A DNA stretch of 64,000 nucleotides from the NCBI GenBank assembly GCA_050273025.1, contig CP158635.1, forward strand, positions 19,158,001 through 19,222,000, in the 5' to 3' direction. Shown one piece after another: positions 1-13,674 of this stretch (its first letter is position 1; every line of letters begins with the position of its first letter). The stretch comes from Cenococcum geophilum. Its lineage: Eukaryota. The notes under the pieces were generated by a model. That model was not told where the DNA came from. It was given only the letters and a program-made list of their open reading frames with translations, and searched no databases. The position numbers and the translations under genes are program-made.

Positions 1-2299
1 TGCCTTCCGTATTATAGCTACTTATTCCGTAATAGATGGGGCAGAAGGGCCTAGGTTGCTTATCCTTAGGTAGGCTCCATAGACTAAAAGGGTGGGTACT
101 AGTCCGTCCAGGCTAGTGGTGTTATTAATGGCTTTTACGGCTATCTATAGAGCCAGTTCCTTTTAGATATCTTTATATTCGTCCGTAATAATCTAGTAAG
201 CTCTCTATAAGGCTAGGTAAGCTTGCTTAATAAGCCTAATGGACTAATGCGCTTTAACTAGAACAGCTTTTATTAATATAGCTATGGCCGTAGTATACTA
301 CTAGAATTCCTTACTAATAAAGTTTCTACTAGCGTTATAGGTAATATACTTAGGGGGTCTAATATATGTGTTAATCCAGCAGGTCCGTAAAATGTCCTAA
401 GTATATTTTATAGATATATTTTGTAACCAACGGGCGGCTTAATAGTGGGTTGCCTTATCAATTATATATAATACTAGGCTGCCGTTAATGTATATAATGT
501 CTACGTATACTAAGTAGTTAAAGTTAAGGTCCTTATAAAGGGTGAACTTAAATTAGCCTAGGGAACGTCTGTATTTCTGGCAAAAGGAGCAGTATTTAGT
601 TAGGTAGTTAATTGCCTTCCTATTAATGTTGTCGTGTCTAGAGCGTTTAAGGACTCTATATAGCTTTTCGGCTAATAGGTGGCCAAAATGGCGGTGTAGA
701 CGGTGGATCTCTGTACTGGTAAGGTAGCACGGGTTATAGTTAAAAGATTCCTAAATATAGGTCCGTAAAGTCTCTCCCTATATAAGGAACGGGTATCCAA
801 ATCGTCGTGTAATTAGTAGGGTAATATGCTTACTTCTTAGGGCAGTTGTGGGGCCGATCAAGGTGTCCGTAATATTGTTATAGTAAACCTATAACCTGTT
901 TATATCCGCAAGGTAAAGTAAGAAAGGGGTATCTGCTTTTACTATATGGAAGTTAACTAGGCCAATTAGGGTCTTAACTGTAACTAATTTAATTAATGCA
1001 GTTAAGCTAATGCCGAATTGGACGTTTACGGCCCCAGTTTACGTAATATTAATATCCGTATTATTATTTACGGTGGTCCTATATGCAAGGTATTATCCGT
1101 AGCCTATAGTAGACTTCTTAGAGGCGCCTATATCGATTATAACACTATAGAATTCCTTGGGGGTATAGCGTTCTGTAGTAATATATGTAAATAGGTCCTA
1201 CTTATAATCTATAACGTCCGTAATGGGGGTACTTACGGAATAGTTTTTGGGCGTAACTGAGTGTATAAAGGAACGGTCGGCTAATACGGTCGTAATATTA
1301 AAGGCTTAGCTATCCGTAAAAGGTCTAAAAGTAGTTAGAAACATCTCTGGGGTCTCCTATTCCTAGTTATCTAGGTTAAAGTTAATTATAAGGGCTTCTA
1401 TTAACTCATTAGGGGGCTCCTCTTCTTCCTCTCCTTTATATTCTAAGATAAACTGGCTAATCTGTTTATTAAATCTCTTCTTAGACCTGTTATGTTCTTC
1501 TTAGGTATACCTTATAGACTAACATTCTTCCTTACCACACATAAAGCATTTCTGGCTTATTTATTTATAGGGGTATGCTTTTATACGGGGGTTGCTGCAG
1601 GGGTTATAGGTAGGACTTGGTTAGTACAGGTGCTGCTAGTAGTAGCGGCGGTCTGTAAAGTAGACGTCTAAGTCTATTTACGGATATTAAATATCTATAA
1701 TAAAGGCTTAAGTGCTGCCTGGTGGGTTTAAGACTTTGTAGGTTATAATAGAGGAGCGTAGATTATTAATAAGGCCAGCTAAGGTATTTACAGGCTTGTA
1801 ATAGGCGTACTTGTAGGGCTCTACTTTCTAGCAGGCCGTAATAAGTTTATTATATAGAAAGTCGTCTATTTAAAGCTTAGCGTTAAGGCCGTACTATAGG
1901 TGCTAGAGGTCTTTAATAAGAATTTGCAGGCACTCTATAGTCAATTTTTTAGTGTTCTTATTAATTACGGTCCGTAGCTTAGTTGTATTCTATTAGGTAA
2001 GGATATTACGCCTATATTCCGGTCCTTTAAAGTAGTTATAGGTAGCTTTATATAGCTTATTAAAGGGGACACTAAGGGGGTTACTCTTGAGGTTAGTGTA
2101 GTAGTAGTTAAGTGCTAGGCCGCGCAGTATAGTAGAGTAGGCTTGGCTAAACTCTTATTTAGGAATGTTGGCCTTCTAGTAGAGGTCCGTAAAGATGGTT
2201 AGTTTAAAGTTAAAATTATTATTTTCACCGCTATATTTAGATTTGTTAGTATAAAGCTTGGCTAGGTTAGCTAGCTCCTTACCGTAGGTTTTTACTTAG

Positions 2300-2465
2300 G
2301 TGGGTTACGGATCTGTGACTTGCGGATCTATGGCTTGCGGATATATAGCTTACGGATCCGTGACTTAAATAATGGGGGTAATTTAGTCCGTATTTTGGTT
2401 TATAGGGGTATTATGGTCCGTAATTTGGGTTACGGGGGTATTATAGTCCGTAACTTAAGTATTAG
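2300..2465. repeat. 15-bp and 30-bp tandem repeats inside Copia A gag
   Basis: TTGCGGATCTATGGC-like unit about 4 times, then GGGGTATTATGGTCCGTAATTTGGGTTAC-like unit about 3 times. Confidence 0.7.
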
Positions 2466-3401
2466 GTATACTTTGGCCAGTAAGATTAATTCTAATACTA
2501 CTTAGGTTTATGGAATAAATTCGGTTAAATGGGTTAGCTATAAGGCTAGAGATTCTATTAAGTTTAAAGGAGGTAAAGAGGTTGCTGGTTTTAATATAAT
2601 CTAAGATCTACTCTTTAGTCTATTCCGTTTGGTCCTCCTTATATAGTGTGTCATATAGAGACCGTATAATAGTGACTTATTTGTCCCTTTTAACCTATAC
2701 GCCTTAGTAATATAAAAGGGTTCGTAGGTTACGGATGGCAGTAGGGTTATAAGCCTTAAAAATAGCTTCCGTAAAGTCCGCAAAGTCTTTCTTATATTAC
2801 TCCTATAGGTTGTTATTTATAAACTTAAAGTGTCTGTATTTAAGGATTTTAAAGCTAATATAGTCGCTAATGTTGTTTGTAGACGTAACGTCGACGCCTT
2901 ATCTCCACTTCTTTTAACCTTTGCTGACTTGCTTGCTGATATTTGCCATACTATATAGTACGTGGCGGGTGGTAGAGGTCTTATAGGGTCCGTAAAGGCG
3001 GTTAGCGGGTCCATAGTGGTTTGTAAAATGGTAAGAGGTCTCCGTAATGGTCTGTAAAGGTAATTAACGGGTCCATAACGGTTTACAGAAGGGTAAGAGG
3101 TCTCCGTAAGGGGTCTGAAAAGACGTCGGAGGTGTTAAAAGAGAGTGTAGTAGGAATAGGGGTTTAAGGTTTAAAGAGGTTAAGGGTAGGGGTTCCGTAT
3201 AGGTCTGTATTCGCGTCTATAACTTTTAGTAAACCGTACTAAGACTTAAATAAGTATATAGAGTTGGAGATAAGTCCATAATCCCCAACTTCTAACCTTC
3301 TAGTAGGTCGTACTAGGAGTCTAAATAGGTGGTCACTATCGTGTATATCGCTTAGGGGGAGGTATTAAGTAATTACTGATCTGTACGCGCTCACTAATTA
3401 G

Positions 3402-3652
3402 TGTTCGTACTAACTTAATAGCACGAGTAAGTTGTATCCACGGGCACGAAATACATGTAGTATCGTATGCTTGTTTGGATGGTGACTGTTAATTATATAA
3501 AGTAGACTACGTGGTCTATATACTAATGCACCTCCCCCCTAATTAGTTAGTGCTTTATAAGTGCACCAGACGCGTAAGCGAGTGGTTAGTGCACTGAACG
3601 CGTAAACGCGTACCTGGTGTACCGAACGCGTAAGCACGCAGTTAGTATAACA
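3402..3652 (-). repeat. 5' LTR of Copia family A (~251 bp)
   Basis: Termini TGTTCGTACTAAC...GTTAGTATAACA form an imperfect inverted repeat. The palindrome CACTAATTAGTG spans the internal junction. Internal GTGCACCGAACGCGTAA-like repeats. Confidence 0.75.
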
Positions 3653-4258
3653 GGTGCTGTAATTATACATAACCTTTAGGGGATTCTATTCTAATGCGGC
3701 TAATGGTCTTGCCGCCACTATTATAAATATATATTTCGTTTAAAAATTATTAGTTTTAGGAGTTAAAGCAACTAGAGACCTAGTGACTAGTCTTTTTAAC
3801 TAATCCTAATGGATTATCTTCCCTACTTTCCTAAGTGAGAACGCTATATAGATTACTAGCCCTTAAGGTGAAAATATTACTAAGCTGGTATGGACCTTGT
3901 AGATATTAGGGGATAACTACTTTGGAATTATAGCATGCTTACCTATTTATATATACCGACTCTATTACTATATCCAGATTCTAGTAAACTAAAAAGGGTC
4001 TACTTTAATTTAACCTACTGCCTCTTTTAATAATTTAATCGTGTCTTCTTTTAAAAGATTATATTAAGAGCTTAGATACTCCTTTGTTAAGCTATATAAA
4101 CCTAAGATCTTATTAACTTATAGTGGAATATCTCCGTTTTCGCTAATGATATTCTAGCCCTTATTAGGGATATTAAGTATTTTAGTAGAGGTTAGGACCT
4201 CTAATCGTGCTAATTAGGCTCTACTAGTTATGGGCTGACTAGGCGTCTTAAAGTATTA

Positions 4259-4399
4259 GTAAATATAGTTACTAGTATATATTAAGCTGCCTAGAAAGGA
4301 TTCATATATATAAAACTATAGCACTATAGCCTAAAGGCTGTATGCGCATTATTGTACGTAGTATAATATAATAAATATATAAAAAATATATAAAAAAAA
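4259..4399 (+). mobile_element. Short A-tailed non-LTR retroposon insertion (5'-truncated or SINE-like), family X
   Basis: About 135 bp match to the reverse complement of 40741-40872. Ends in an A-rich tail. Flanked by AAGTATTA at 4251-4258 and 4400-4407 (likely target-site duplication). Confidence 0.7.
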
Positions 4400-4409
4400 A
4401 AGTATTAAC

Positions 4410-7400
4410 GAATCTAGGTGCTGAATTAAGCTTATAGACGGAGACGTAAAAGGGATAGGAGGTCGTAAGTCTAGGTGGTATAGTGGGTGAAGAAGCGTTT
4501 GCTAATACGCTTATTTATTTCTTATAAGACATTTAACTAATTATTTTATATAATAACTAAATAATATACCTATCTACACAATTCTATATATTAGTCTTAG
4601 CGCGTAATTAAGACGTCTTTCCTGCCGCACTTCCCCTAATGCTTTTAGAATTATAACACTAATAATAGACCTAAGTTATAATACTAAAGACACTTTTAAG
4701 CGAGATCTAGGGCTTACGAACGAATAATATAATACGATCTACTATGATGTTAAAATTAAAATGTTAACGCGCGGGCTCCTTGGACAGCTACTACGTTCCC
4801 TTATAAGTAAGGCATAAATATGGTAAATATTAAATGAAATCTCTAATAAATTCCCATCTGTGTTTTTAGGTTTACCTAAGAACCTATATACTAAATATAT
4901 TAAATAGCTTGCCTAGCGCTATAGCTATAACGCGACGCGTTAAATAAATATAACGGCTCCTATTAGGCAAATTATAATAGGCAACCTAGTACTCCTATAC
5001 TCTGCTATCGCGTATTATTTACCGGCCGGTATACTAAAGGTAATAAGGCAGGAGGGAATACTAAGGTTATATAGAATAATAATAATACTAATCTGGCGGG
5101 TAGCTAATAAAGAGCTAATAATTATCTTAACCCGAAAGCTAGCGACTAGTAAGAATAACGCTTTAGATATATACGTTAATAATCTAAACTTTAATATATT
5201 TGTAGATATACTAGGCTAGGATATTAACTTTAACCCTAAAAGTAAAACGCTTTGCTACTATATTAGCGATAAGATAGCTAGAGGATAAATTTAGCTTATA
5301 AATAAAGAGAAATAGCGTAGTGTAGTTAAGGATATGTTTCTATAAGAAATAGATAGGTTTTTATTTATAATAAAATAAAGAAGAATAAGTAGGTTACTAC
5401 TTAAAGTTAAGCCAACGTCACTAACTTATATTTATAGTCTGCGCTACCAGCTAAGAATAATGTAATTACTTACCTTCTATTTCCGCACCCTTGCCTTTAT
5501 TAGATAACTTGCACTATATATATAAGAATAGGTAGAACTAGTAAACGGGTTAATACTAAGGCAATACTTAACCCACAGCTATTCTAAAAAACCTCTCCTA
5601 GTTAAAAAAGAGCCCTTACTCTACGCCTTAACCCGTAATAGAAAAGGTAAAGGCAACTATAACTATAGCATAGATTATGCGCCTTAAAGCCACTACTTTA
5701 TCTAGAATGCTTGCTGGTTTAATAGATTACTATATATAAAGGTAGACGGCTTAATAAAGCCCCTTGGTATACTATTAGGCAAGGGAGTCTTAGAATAATA
5801 TAACCTAAGATATTCTTATAACTTATCCGGCATTTTTTAAATGCCTAAGGGGATTAGACGATAAAGCCTAAGGTTTATACCCGTTCTTTTTAGTAAACTT
5901 ATTAAGGTAATATATGTTAACACCGTCCCCAGCTTGCTCTTAATATCTAATACCTAATCCTTATATCTATGCTTGCGCTTTCCTTACTATTCTACTAAAT
6001 TTAATTGCTATTGCGATATATATATAAGACCCTATTAACGTTATATATAATATATTAAGCTGGCTAATAATATATAGAATATACATAGCCGCCTCCGGCT
6101 AAAAAGGGTAATCTCTAATAATAAGGATAGTGACTATAAGTCTATACCTGCTTCTTCTATAAAACGATAGCAACTAAATATTAATAAATCTACTAAATTT
6201 GTTAATAATCTAGTAGTAGAACTAGCTTAGTTAAAGACGTAAAGTCCTAATCTTTTAGTTAAGGTAGGTTATACCTTTATGCATAACCAGAGTCTAACTA
6301 TAATACTTAATAGTCTCCTCTACTATTTAGTACTTGGCAAGCCCTAGTAAATAAAACACTCTCTTTACTATCTAACCGCCTACTGCTATAAAAAGCAGCA
6401 TCTTCGTAATATACCTCTGGCTCTTAATAATTGCATATTAGTTTAAAATACTCTCCTACGCGCCTAATCCGTACCTTACCGCGTAAATAATTATATACTA
6501 GTTTAAAATACTCTCCCGCGCGCCTAATCTAAACCTTATTGCGTAAATAATTAATATTTGGCTTTATATTCTCCCTAGTAAGCTATATTTGCCTAAACCT
6601 TAATATAGCTTCGTTTATAAAATAAGTAACCTCCCTCTAATATAGAGTATACCAATTTAGTATTTGATCTAAAGGGGACCTAAATAGCACTAGGGAAAGT
6701 AAGGACGAGTTAGACTATAAAGACGATTTTAACCTAACTGCCGTAATATAGGCAAGAGAAGAGTACCTCTAAATATTATAATAGTAATGTATAAAAAAAA
6801 CCTACCTAAGAGATATAAGCCCATATTTGCGCTTTATAGGTCCATTTTACTAGTAAGGCTAGTAACTAACTCTAGGACTTATAATGGGTATCTTATTAAC
6901 CTATAGTTTAACCACTTTTTAGGCCTTATTAAGGATATAATAAAAAAGGTATAGTTAGAAGCTATTTTAAAGCAGCCGAAAATAGTATAAAAAAAAGCTA
7001 ATTGTATTCCTAACCTAGTGTCCGCTTATAAGGTATCTATATACTAGAAATATTATATTAAATTATTTACTAACAATCTTAATATTATATATAGCTATTT
7101 AACGCAATAGGGAACTTTAGGAACTACGTAATTATAAAGGCTTGTATAGTTATAAGGGAGGTATATAGGTTAGGGTTTAACAACGCGCCTAAACTAATTA
7201 TAGAACTACTAACTAATTATAATTTTATTGCGCTAGATTATATAAAGGTATTTTGCCCGTGCTATTTAGTAAAATACTAATAAGAGTTAATAGCTAAGTA
7301 ATAACCGCTTCCGTTCTAACGCGATAGTTGCTAATATAGCTAGTATATTTTATAGTAGAGGAAGAAACAGCCTTACCTAATTACCCTACTCTTATAATAT

Positions 7401-8660
7401 ATTTAAAAAGCTTACCGGTAATACTATTACTTTTGTTTTAATAGTAATATATTATATAATTAGGGAGTATAGAACTGGGTCTAAGGGAATAAATAACTTT
7501 TATAGTACTATTGTTAGCAGTTAGTATATATCTAGTATTTTACTACCTATTATTATTCTCTAACCCATTATAGAAGCCTATGCTAACCTCTTAGGTAGCT
7601 AGAACTAGATATTTAAAAAATAGTAATTTGGAATCTGGCTGCGGCTTTAGCCTGTAGTTATTAAATATACTATAGGCCTAATACCGGATTAATTGACTAT
7701 AGAAATTATTGAGGACCCATATAAAGATAACCTTAACGACCTTATAGCGGATCTAAGCGATAATATAAGAGAGAGGTTCCTTATAAGCCTTAGCGACAAT
7801 AAAACTAACGCGATTATTAACTTAGGCTATTTATTGGTGAGCTAGGCTATATTATCTAATCTACTAAGTCTATCTTAAAGGGAGAGCTCTAGAGTAGGCT
7901 AGACTAGTCCGCTAAGTTTGTCTTAAAGGGAGAGCCTTAGAGTAAGCTAGAAAATCTAAGGCCCTACTACTACTATAATATTTGCTAATTTAACTTTTAG
8001 AACTAGCTAAGTTTGTTAGATTTAGTAGAATATATATCCTCCGCCCTAGTATACTACTTTATCCTAAATATAGGAACTAGCAAGCCTAGGCCGGAAAGGT
8101 TTAAATCTAATAAGTTATTTATATAATTTAAGTAGTATTATAGCCTTGCAGAGGACAGCTATAGCTAGTATAGTAATGGAAAAGTAATATTAAATTTAAT
8201 TGAGAATGAGGAGTAGTATATAAAGTTTATAATATATACTCTAGACTTTAGTATAGAGGAGCTAGTAGAGTTTTTAGTAGGAGATTAGGTATAGAACTTT
8301 CTATACTCTTCTATAGGATAACTGCGGCTTCTTTATTATATATACTAGCTTTTAATTTACCTTTTTTTCGGCCTATATCTACTACTCTTAGTAGCTACTT
8401 TTTGGCTATATGTATGTGCTATACTAGCAAAGCTAAATACTTATAGTATATTATTGTTATAGGGAGAGTAGGAAAGGTTTTATGCTTTTAGAATATATTA
8501 TAAAACAGTTAGGATATTATATTAAATTATCTAAAATAATATAATGGATTATATAAAGAAGTGTATATAATTTGCCTTGCTAGCCTTATAAATAGCTTTA
8601 AAGTAGCCTTTGTTTATTATCTAAAATATACTATTAGTATAAAAGAGGTGGATGGCTCTA
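4410..8660 (+). pseudogene. RIP-destroyed gene-like sequence of unassigned family
   Basis: Extreme TpA excess with residual codon-like and intron-like (CTAAC...TAG) structure. 60-bp tandem duplication at ~6426-6550 and ~48-bp duplication at ~7864-7950. No LTR or RT motif recognised. Confidence 0.35.
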
Positions 8661-8671
8661 AATATAATTAT

Positions 8672-8722
8672 GGTTGCAGGTTGCGTGCAGGTTACGCGTA
8701 GGTTGCGCGTAGGCTGCGTGTA
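8672..8722. repeat. 11-bp tandem repeat (GGTTGCGCGTA-like, about 5 copies)
   Basis: Directly visible: GGTTGCGTGCA GGTTACGCGTA GGTTGCGCGTA GGCTGCGTGTA GGCTACGTGT. Confidence 0.8.
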
Positions 8723-8847
8723 GGCTACGTGTCAAAAAAACACGATATAGGCTAGTCGGTCAAGTTGCTAAATGCCCTCAACTGCGCGCTAATTGCGTCA
8801 ACCACTAACCATTGAGGCCATTGGTAGGGTACTATATTTTGCCGATG

Positions 8848-11800
8848 TAGCGTATGGCGTAGAGACATCGCACCTCCTTTATTGCCTTATAAATAGCCTT
8901 GGCTTATTATATAATAGAGGAAAATAGTAGAGAATTATTAGTTATTTAAGGGTAGGCGCTAAAGACTAGTAATATAGGTATAAGTTTATTTGGGCCAGCG
9001 GAATTATTAATAGCTTTAACAGCTATTTATAAGGTAAGTTCTTTACTAGCGTCCTTTAGTTTTAAAGAAATAATCTTATATATATAGCGTAATGGCGCGT
9101 AATATCGTTCCACTTTTTTAATACTATTATATACCTTAATAGGGACTTCCTTAGCCTTAATTGCTATTACCTTTATTTATTGTTAAAACTCTATAAATAA
9201 GAAGTTCTTTTCTATGTTATAGACGATTTGATTAGGGGGTTTTAAATAGATATTAATTTAATATAACTAAAGGGTCTTCTATACGTTTCTAGCTAATATA
9301 TCTTTTAAAAAACGCGCGGCTTAAAAGGAGGTTAAGAAGTTAATAACTTAGAGTACTAGCTTGCCGCTAAGATATATAACATTAATAATAATATAAAAGT
9401 TAAAGTTGTAGTTATCCTTAAGGGTAAACTTAAATTGGCTAGGGGACTTCTGGTTTATTTGGCAGTAATGGCAATACTTTATAAGATGCTTAATTACCTT
9501 AACCTTAACTTTATAGCCTACTTGCTAAAGAACCCTAAGTAATTAATAAATAGATAGGTAGCCAAAACAACGGTGCAGTTGGCGTAATTCCGACTTAGTT
9601 AAGTAGCTCTAAGTAATACTCTTTTTTAGTTAATAAAGGAGCAACTAGGGGTAACCCTACTTGCGTATAATAGGTACCTAATTATCTCCTTAAATAAGTA
9701 TATTCTTAAGGTTATTAAGCCTAACACCTAACTTATTTATATCTTTAATACAAAATAAAAACGGAGTGTTTATAGGAATAATATAAAAACTAATATACCC
9801 TAAGGGGGTTTAAACCCTAATTGTGCCGAGAGAGATTATAGTACCTTTGCTAAAATGAATCGTATACTAGCCTGCCGTTAAATAGTTAATCTAAATAGAG
9901 CTATTAAGCTGCTAAAGGGCTTAAACTTAAGGTTCTCCTACTATAGATACTCCTGCGGCTCTAGTATCTAGTATAATACTATAGAAGACGTTTACCGAGT
10001 ATTTATTATTAAAGGAAAACGCGGAGCTCTCCTTTAGCTTATTAAAGATATCTAACTTTATAATAAAATAGAGCGTAGATTAGTTATTAAGGATAGCGAC
10101 GGTTTATATACCATTTACCTTACTATACTTAGTAAAGTATTAGTTAGGTAAGTAGTTCTCAATTTCTATATCTATAAGGAGCTGTTTAGTCTTATTAACC
10201 TTACCCTTAAAGTCTTCTACGCCTTTATATTAAACTAGGAAGCTTTAGAAGTAGGCTATAGTAACCTTATAATTTCTAATATTTTTTACACTCTAACGGA
10301 ACTTGTTATATACCTCTTTTCGCTTATTAAGGGAGTATCTAGTTAACTAGCAACTTAGCTTTTTATAAACGTAGCATTTCTTTTAGCGATTACTTTAAAA
10401 TAAACCTCTATAAGGACCTCTATAATTACCTTATAGTTAACATTAATTATACCCTCTTCCGTATTCCCTACCGCGGCCACTATATATTTAATTAGTCTAG
10501 TTATAATTATATTGGTCGGGAATACTTAGTTAGGTAGAGTTTTTGGTATAAAACTATTAAGATTCTTATATTCGTATTATAGTACCTATAGTAGAGCGTA
10601 GCTTAGCATATACTCCTTTAAACATATCCGCAGGTTTATATAGCGCTAAGTTACACTTAGGAACGCTATGGCATGCTAAGATAACCTAGTCCCTTAGGCT
10701 GTTCTTATTTTAGTAAGTTTTAGTAAAGCCATATTAAATTTTCTAGAGTTTATTAAAGAGTAGTTAAAGGCACTCTAAATAAGTCTTTGTTAAGTTAAAA
10801 GTAATAACTCTCTAGAATATAGTCTTCCGCCATTTAAATATATAAAGTTAGCAATTCTTATTAGTCTTAAAGTAGGCTTTAGTAAGCTAAAGTATTATAT
10901 TAAAGTTATAGTTTTTACCCGTAATATAGTTATAATAAAATATTGCCGCCTGTCCCTTTAACATAATAGAGAAAGTATAATAGTACTAGTAGCGTTAAAT
11001 TTTAACCTTATTATAACAGTTATAAAAGACCTATAGTTTTACTCCAAGTATATTGTATAGTTTTCCTTTAAACTTCTTCTCTTTATCTAAATATACCTTT
11101 ATTAGATTCGTGACTTCTTATAGTAAAGGCTTACCGGTTAGCTGGAGTAGAGGAGGTAAAGGCAAAGCAACTTTAAGTAGGAGAGCACCTCTAGGTAGGA
11201 GAGTAGCTCTAGGTAGGGGGTTAGCGTTCTAGGGGTTTTAATATAAATTAAAGTTGCCTTCTAAAGAATATAGGTTGTTTTTAGGTTTCTATAGTTAATA
11301 TATAATCTTAGCTTCCGTCTATATTAGTTCTTCTATACTAGTAATAATGGCCTAAATATTACTAGTAATTAGGTTACCGTTCTTAGTAATATATACCCTA
11401 TTCCTATAAAGGAAGTCTTAAAAGTCCTAAACAATATTAACGTTGCTAAGTACCTAGGTATTAGCAGTTTATCCCACGAAATCCTCCCTAAAATACTCCT
11501 ATAGTTATAAATCGGCGTAGTATCTATTTTAGTAGAATATAATATAGTATAGGAGAAAGCCGTTAACTTGTTTTGCGGTATAAGTTATTATATTAAAGGC
11601 GAATTCATTCTAATCTTTATTAATAAGTTTTGCGTACTTAGCTACCCCTAATAATAAGGAATCTTTCCAGTTATTTAAAATAGGCGTAGCCATATTTTCG
11701 GAGGGAGGGAAGTATTATTAGTATAGGGATTATTATTTAGTACCCGTTTATAATATGTATTTATCGTTTAGTACGCGTTTATTATTTAGTACGCGTTTAT

Positions 11801-12362
11801 AATATATATTTATTATTTAATACGCGTTTGTCGTTTAGTACGCGTTTATAACGTATATTTATGGTTATAGGGCTTAGAACCAGTTCTAGCCTTAAATCGC
11901 AAAGACTTATAAAGCGTATTATTCTGCATAATAGACGCAAGAATCTATAATCTTAGAAAGGCTTAGGACTAGTTCTAGCCTTTAAATCCTTAGATTTATA
12001 GAAGAGTTCTATTTAAGGTTTAGAACCAGTTCTAACCTTAAAAGACAGCTTCCTCTAGTATAAGTAGCACTAGTATAGTGGCTTGTCTCTTCTTAGTAGA
12101 ATACCTAGCTGTTCTATAGTATAACAGTAAAGTTAACTACTAATTAGTGTTGGTTACACAAGGGGATATTACGTAGCTACGGTTTGTAGATAGTATAATA
12201 ATTGTTATTCTTGTATATATTAGGGAGGGCGAGGAGCTTAAGGCTCCTCGCCACGCTACTGCCGTGGCGACACGTGACGGCAACTTGCCGCACGTAACGG
12301 CAACTTGCCACCCGTAATGGCAATTTGCCTTATGTGGTGACCACTTGCCTTTATTCCCAACA
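8848..12362 (-). mobile_element. RIP-degraded Copia family B (GalEa-like), copy 1: 5' LTR-gag-protease-integrase, truncated in integrase at ~8848
   Basis: Near-identical to 36876-39761, and 8848-9380 matches the reverse complement of 50233-50765. Motifs LDTGAAG (~9955-9980) and ELRQLHRCFGH (~9560-9595). Confidence 0.9.
12148..12362 (-). repeat. 5' LTR of Copia B copy 1 (215 bp), with internal 20-bp tandem expansion
   Basis: Perfect TGTTGG...CCAACA termini. Homologous to 39595-39761 and 53211-53377. Confidence 0.9.
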
Positions 12363-12449
12363 GTACTAAAGGTCTTATATTTAGTATAGGATCCACTATA
12401 AAACGACTATTGGCGATAGTTAGTAATACTAAAGGTAGTACTACCTGTA

Positions 12450-13674
12450 TAGTACTCTGCAACTATTATAGCATCTACTAGTTCTATAGCTAGTTCTACT
12501 ACTATATCTAGCTTTACTACTATATCTAGTTTATTAAAAGCGTTAATTGCGTTTATAATGAATCTTGTTAAATAGGATTAGCTAGTAATTATATAACTAT
12601 AGTATAAACCTCTTATTACCGCCGTCGTTAGGGGGAGAAGCTTAATTTGTCTATACTATAAGAGTTACCTTAACAGTGCTTATAGCTGCCTAAAGACGCC
12701 TTTATATCTTTTTTATCCTCCTTATTCTATAGGTGCTAACTATACTTAATTTTTAACAGTAAGGATAGATCTGGTATATTAACCGTGGCTTTTTTCTGTT
12801 CTATTGCTTCTAACTAGCGCGTTAAGTAATAAGATTGTATTAGGTAGTGCTTTAAGTTAAATTTAAGATAGTATATAGTACCGTGCTTTTTATTCTTATA
12901 GTGCTATTAAAGGCAGTAATGGCGTTTAACCAGCGTATATAGATGCTTGCTTTTAGCTTTTACACATTTACGCCGTTTAGCAGCCTCTTTCTATATTTTA
13001 GTAGTAGTTAACGCCTTCTTTTTACTAGTAGCTTCCTCTATTATACCTTTATGATCCTCGCCAGAGGACTCTGCCTCTTTATTAGCCGCTACTTTAATTG
13101 GAATACCTCTTACTTAAAGCGCCGTATTAATAGCCGCGGTAAAATTAGCGTCTCTAGTATTAGCAGACGCGTTAACAGGTGCAGTAGCGGCCTTATATTT
13201 GACTATAAGATTAACCCTCTATGCCCTCCTTACGTACTTTAACTGTGCCTCTATTATTCCCTCTACTTTGCGCCATTTGTCTGCATTATTAACCTCTTTG
13301 GGTATTATAGAATCCTTCGGATTTAATAACGCAATAATAGTAGTTAATTAATTAAGCTAGAAAGATTGAAGACCATAATATTCGTTGGCTTAATACGTAT
13401 TTTAGGTAACAAACTCTTGGTATTTAAAGGCTCCGAACAGGATGGCTAGAACGTTAATGAATATCTTTATAGTATCGGCGTATATAATTATATTTAGAAT
13501 AAAGGTTTGATAATCTTTGGGCTTTTCTACAATAGTAGAAGGCGTTAGTATAGGTGGTGCAGGTTTAACAGTAAGGTCTACCTCTTCAGGCGCTTTAGAA
13601 GTGTTCTTTGCAGTATTTTTAGGTGCTTTGGCTCTCCTCCTATACGTTATGGCGCTAACTAAAATAGGAAACAA
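12450..13674 (-). pseudogene. RIP-damaged gene relic of unknown function; damage fades toward the gene island
   Basis: The 90-codon stretch 13402-13674 (…KAPKNTAKNTSKAPEEVDL…FKYQEFVT) appears to continue as stop-riddled coding-like sequence toward ~12450, including Cys/His-rich remnants. Confidence 0.45.

Larger units (their letters stand above)
1..3652 (-). mobile_element. RIP-degraded Ty1/Copia LTR retrotransposon, family A (GalEa-like); 5' part (LTR-gag-protease-integrase), continues beyond window start
   Basis: De-RIPed minus-strand motifs: protease IDTGAS (~1125-1140), integrase zinc finger HRLHRHFGH (~680-710) and CSFCQKHGRSPGRFKFT (~540-600). Many TAA/TAG stops from RIP. LTR at 3402-3652. 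Confidence 0.85.

Noticed and set aside
2320..13242. Short ORF-track ORFs within RIP blocks (also 36856, 39642, 41987, 45247, 45494, 51808, 53115)
   Set aside because: Chance open frames in degraded transposon or LTR sequence, mostly antisense to the original genes.
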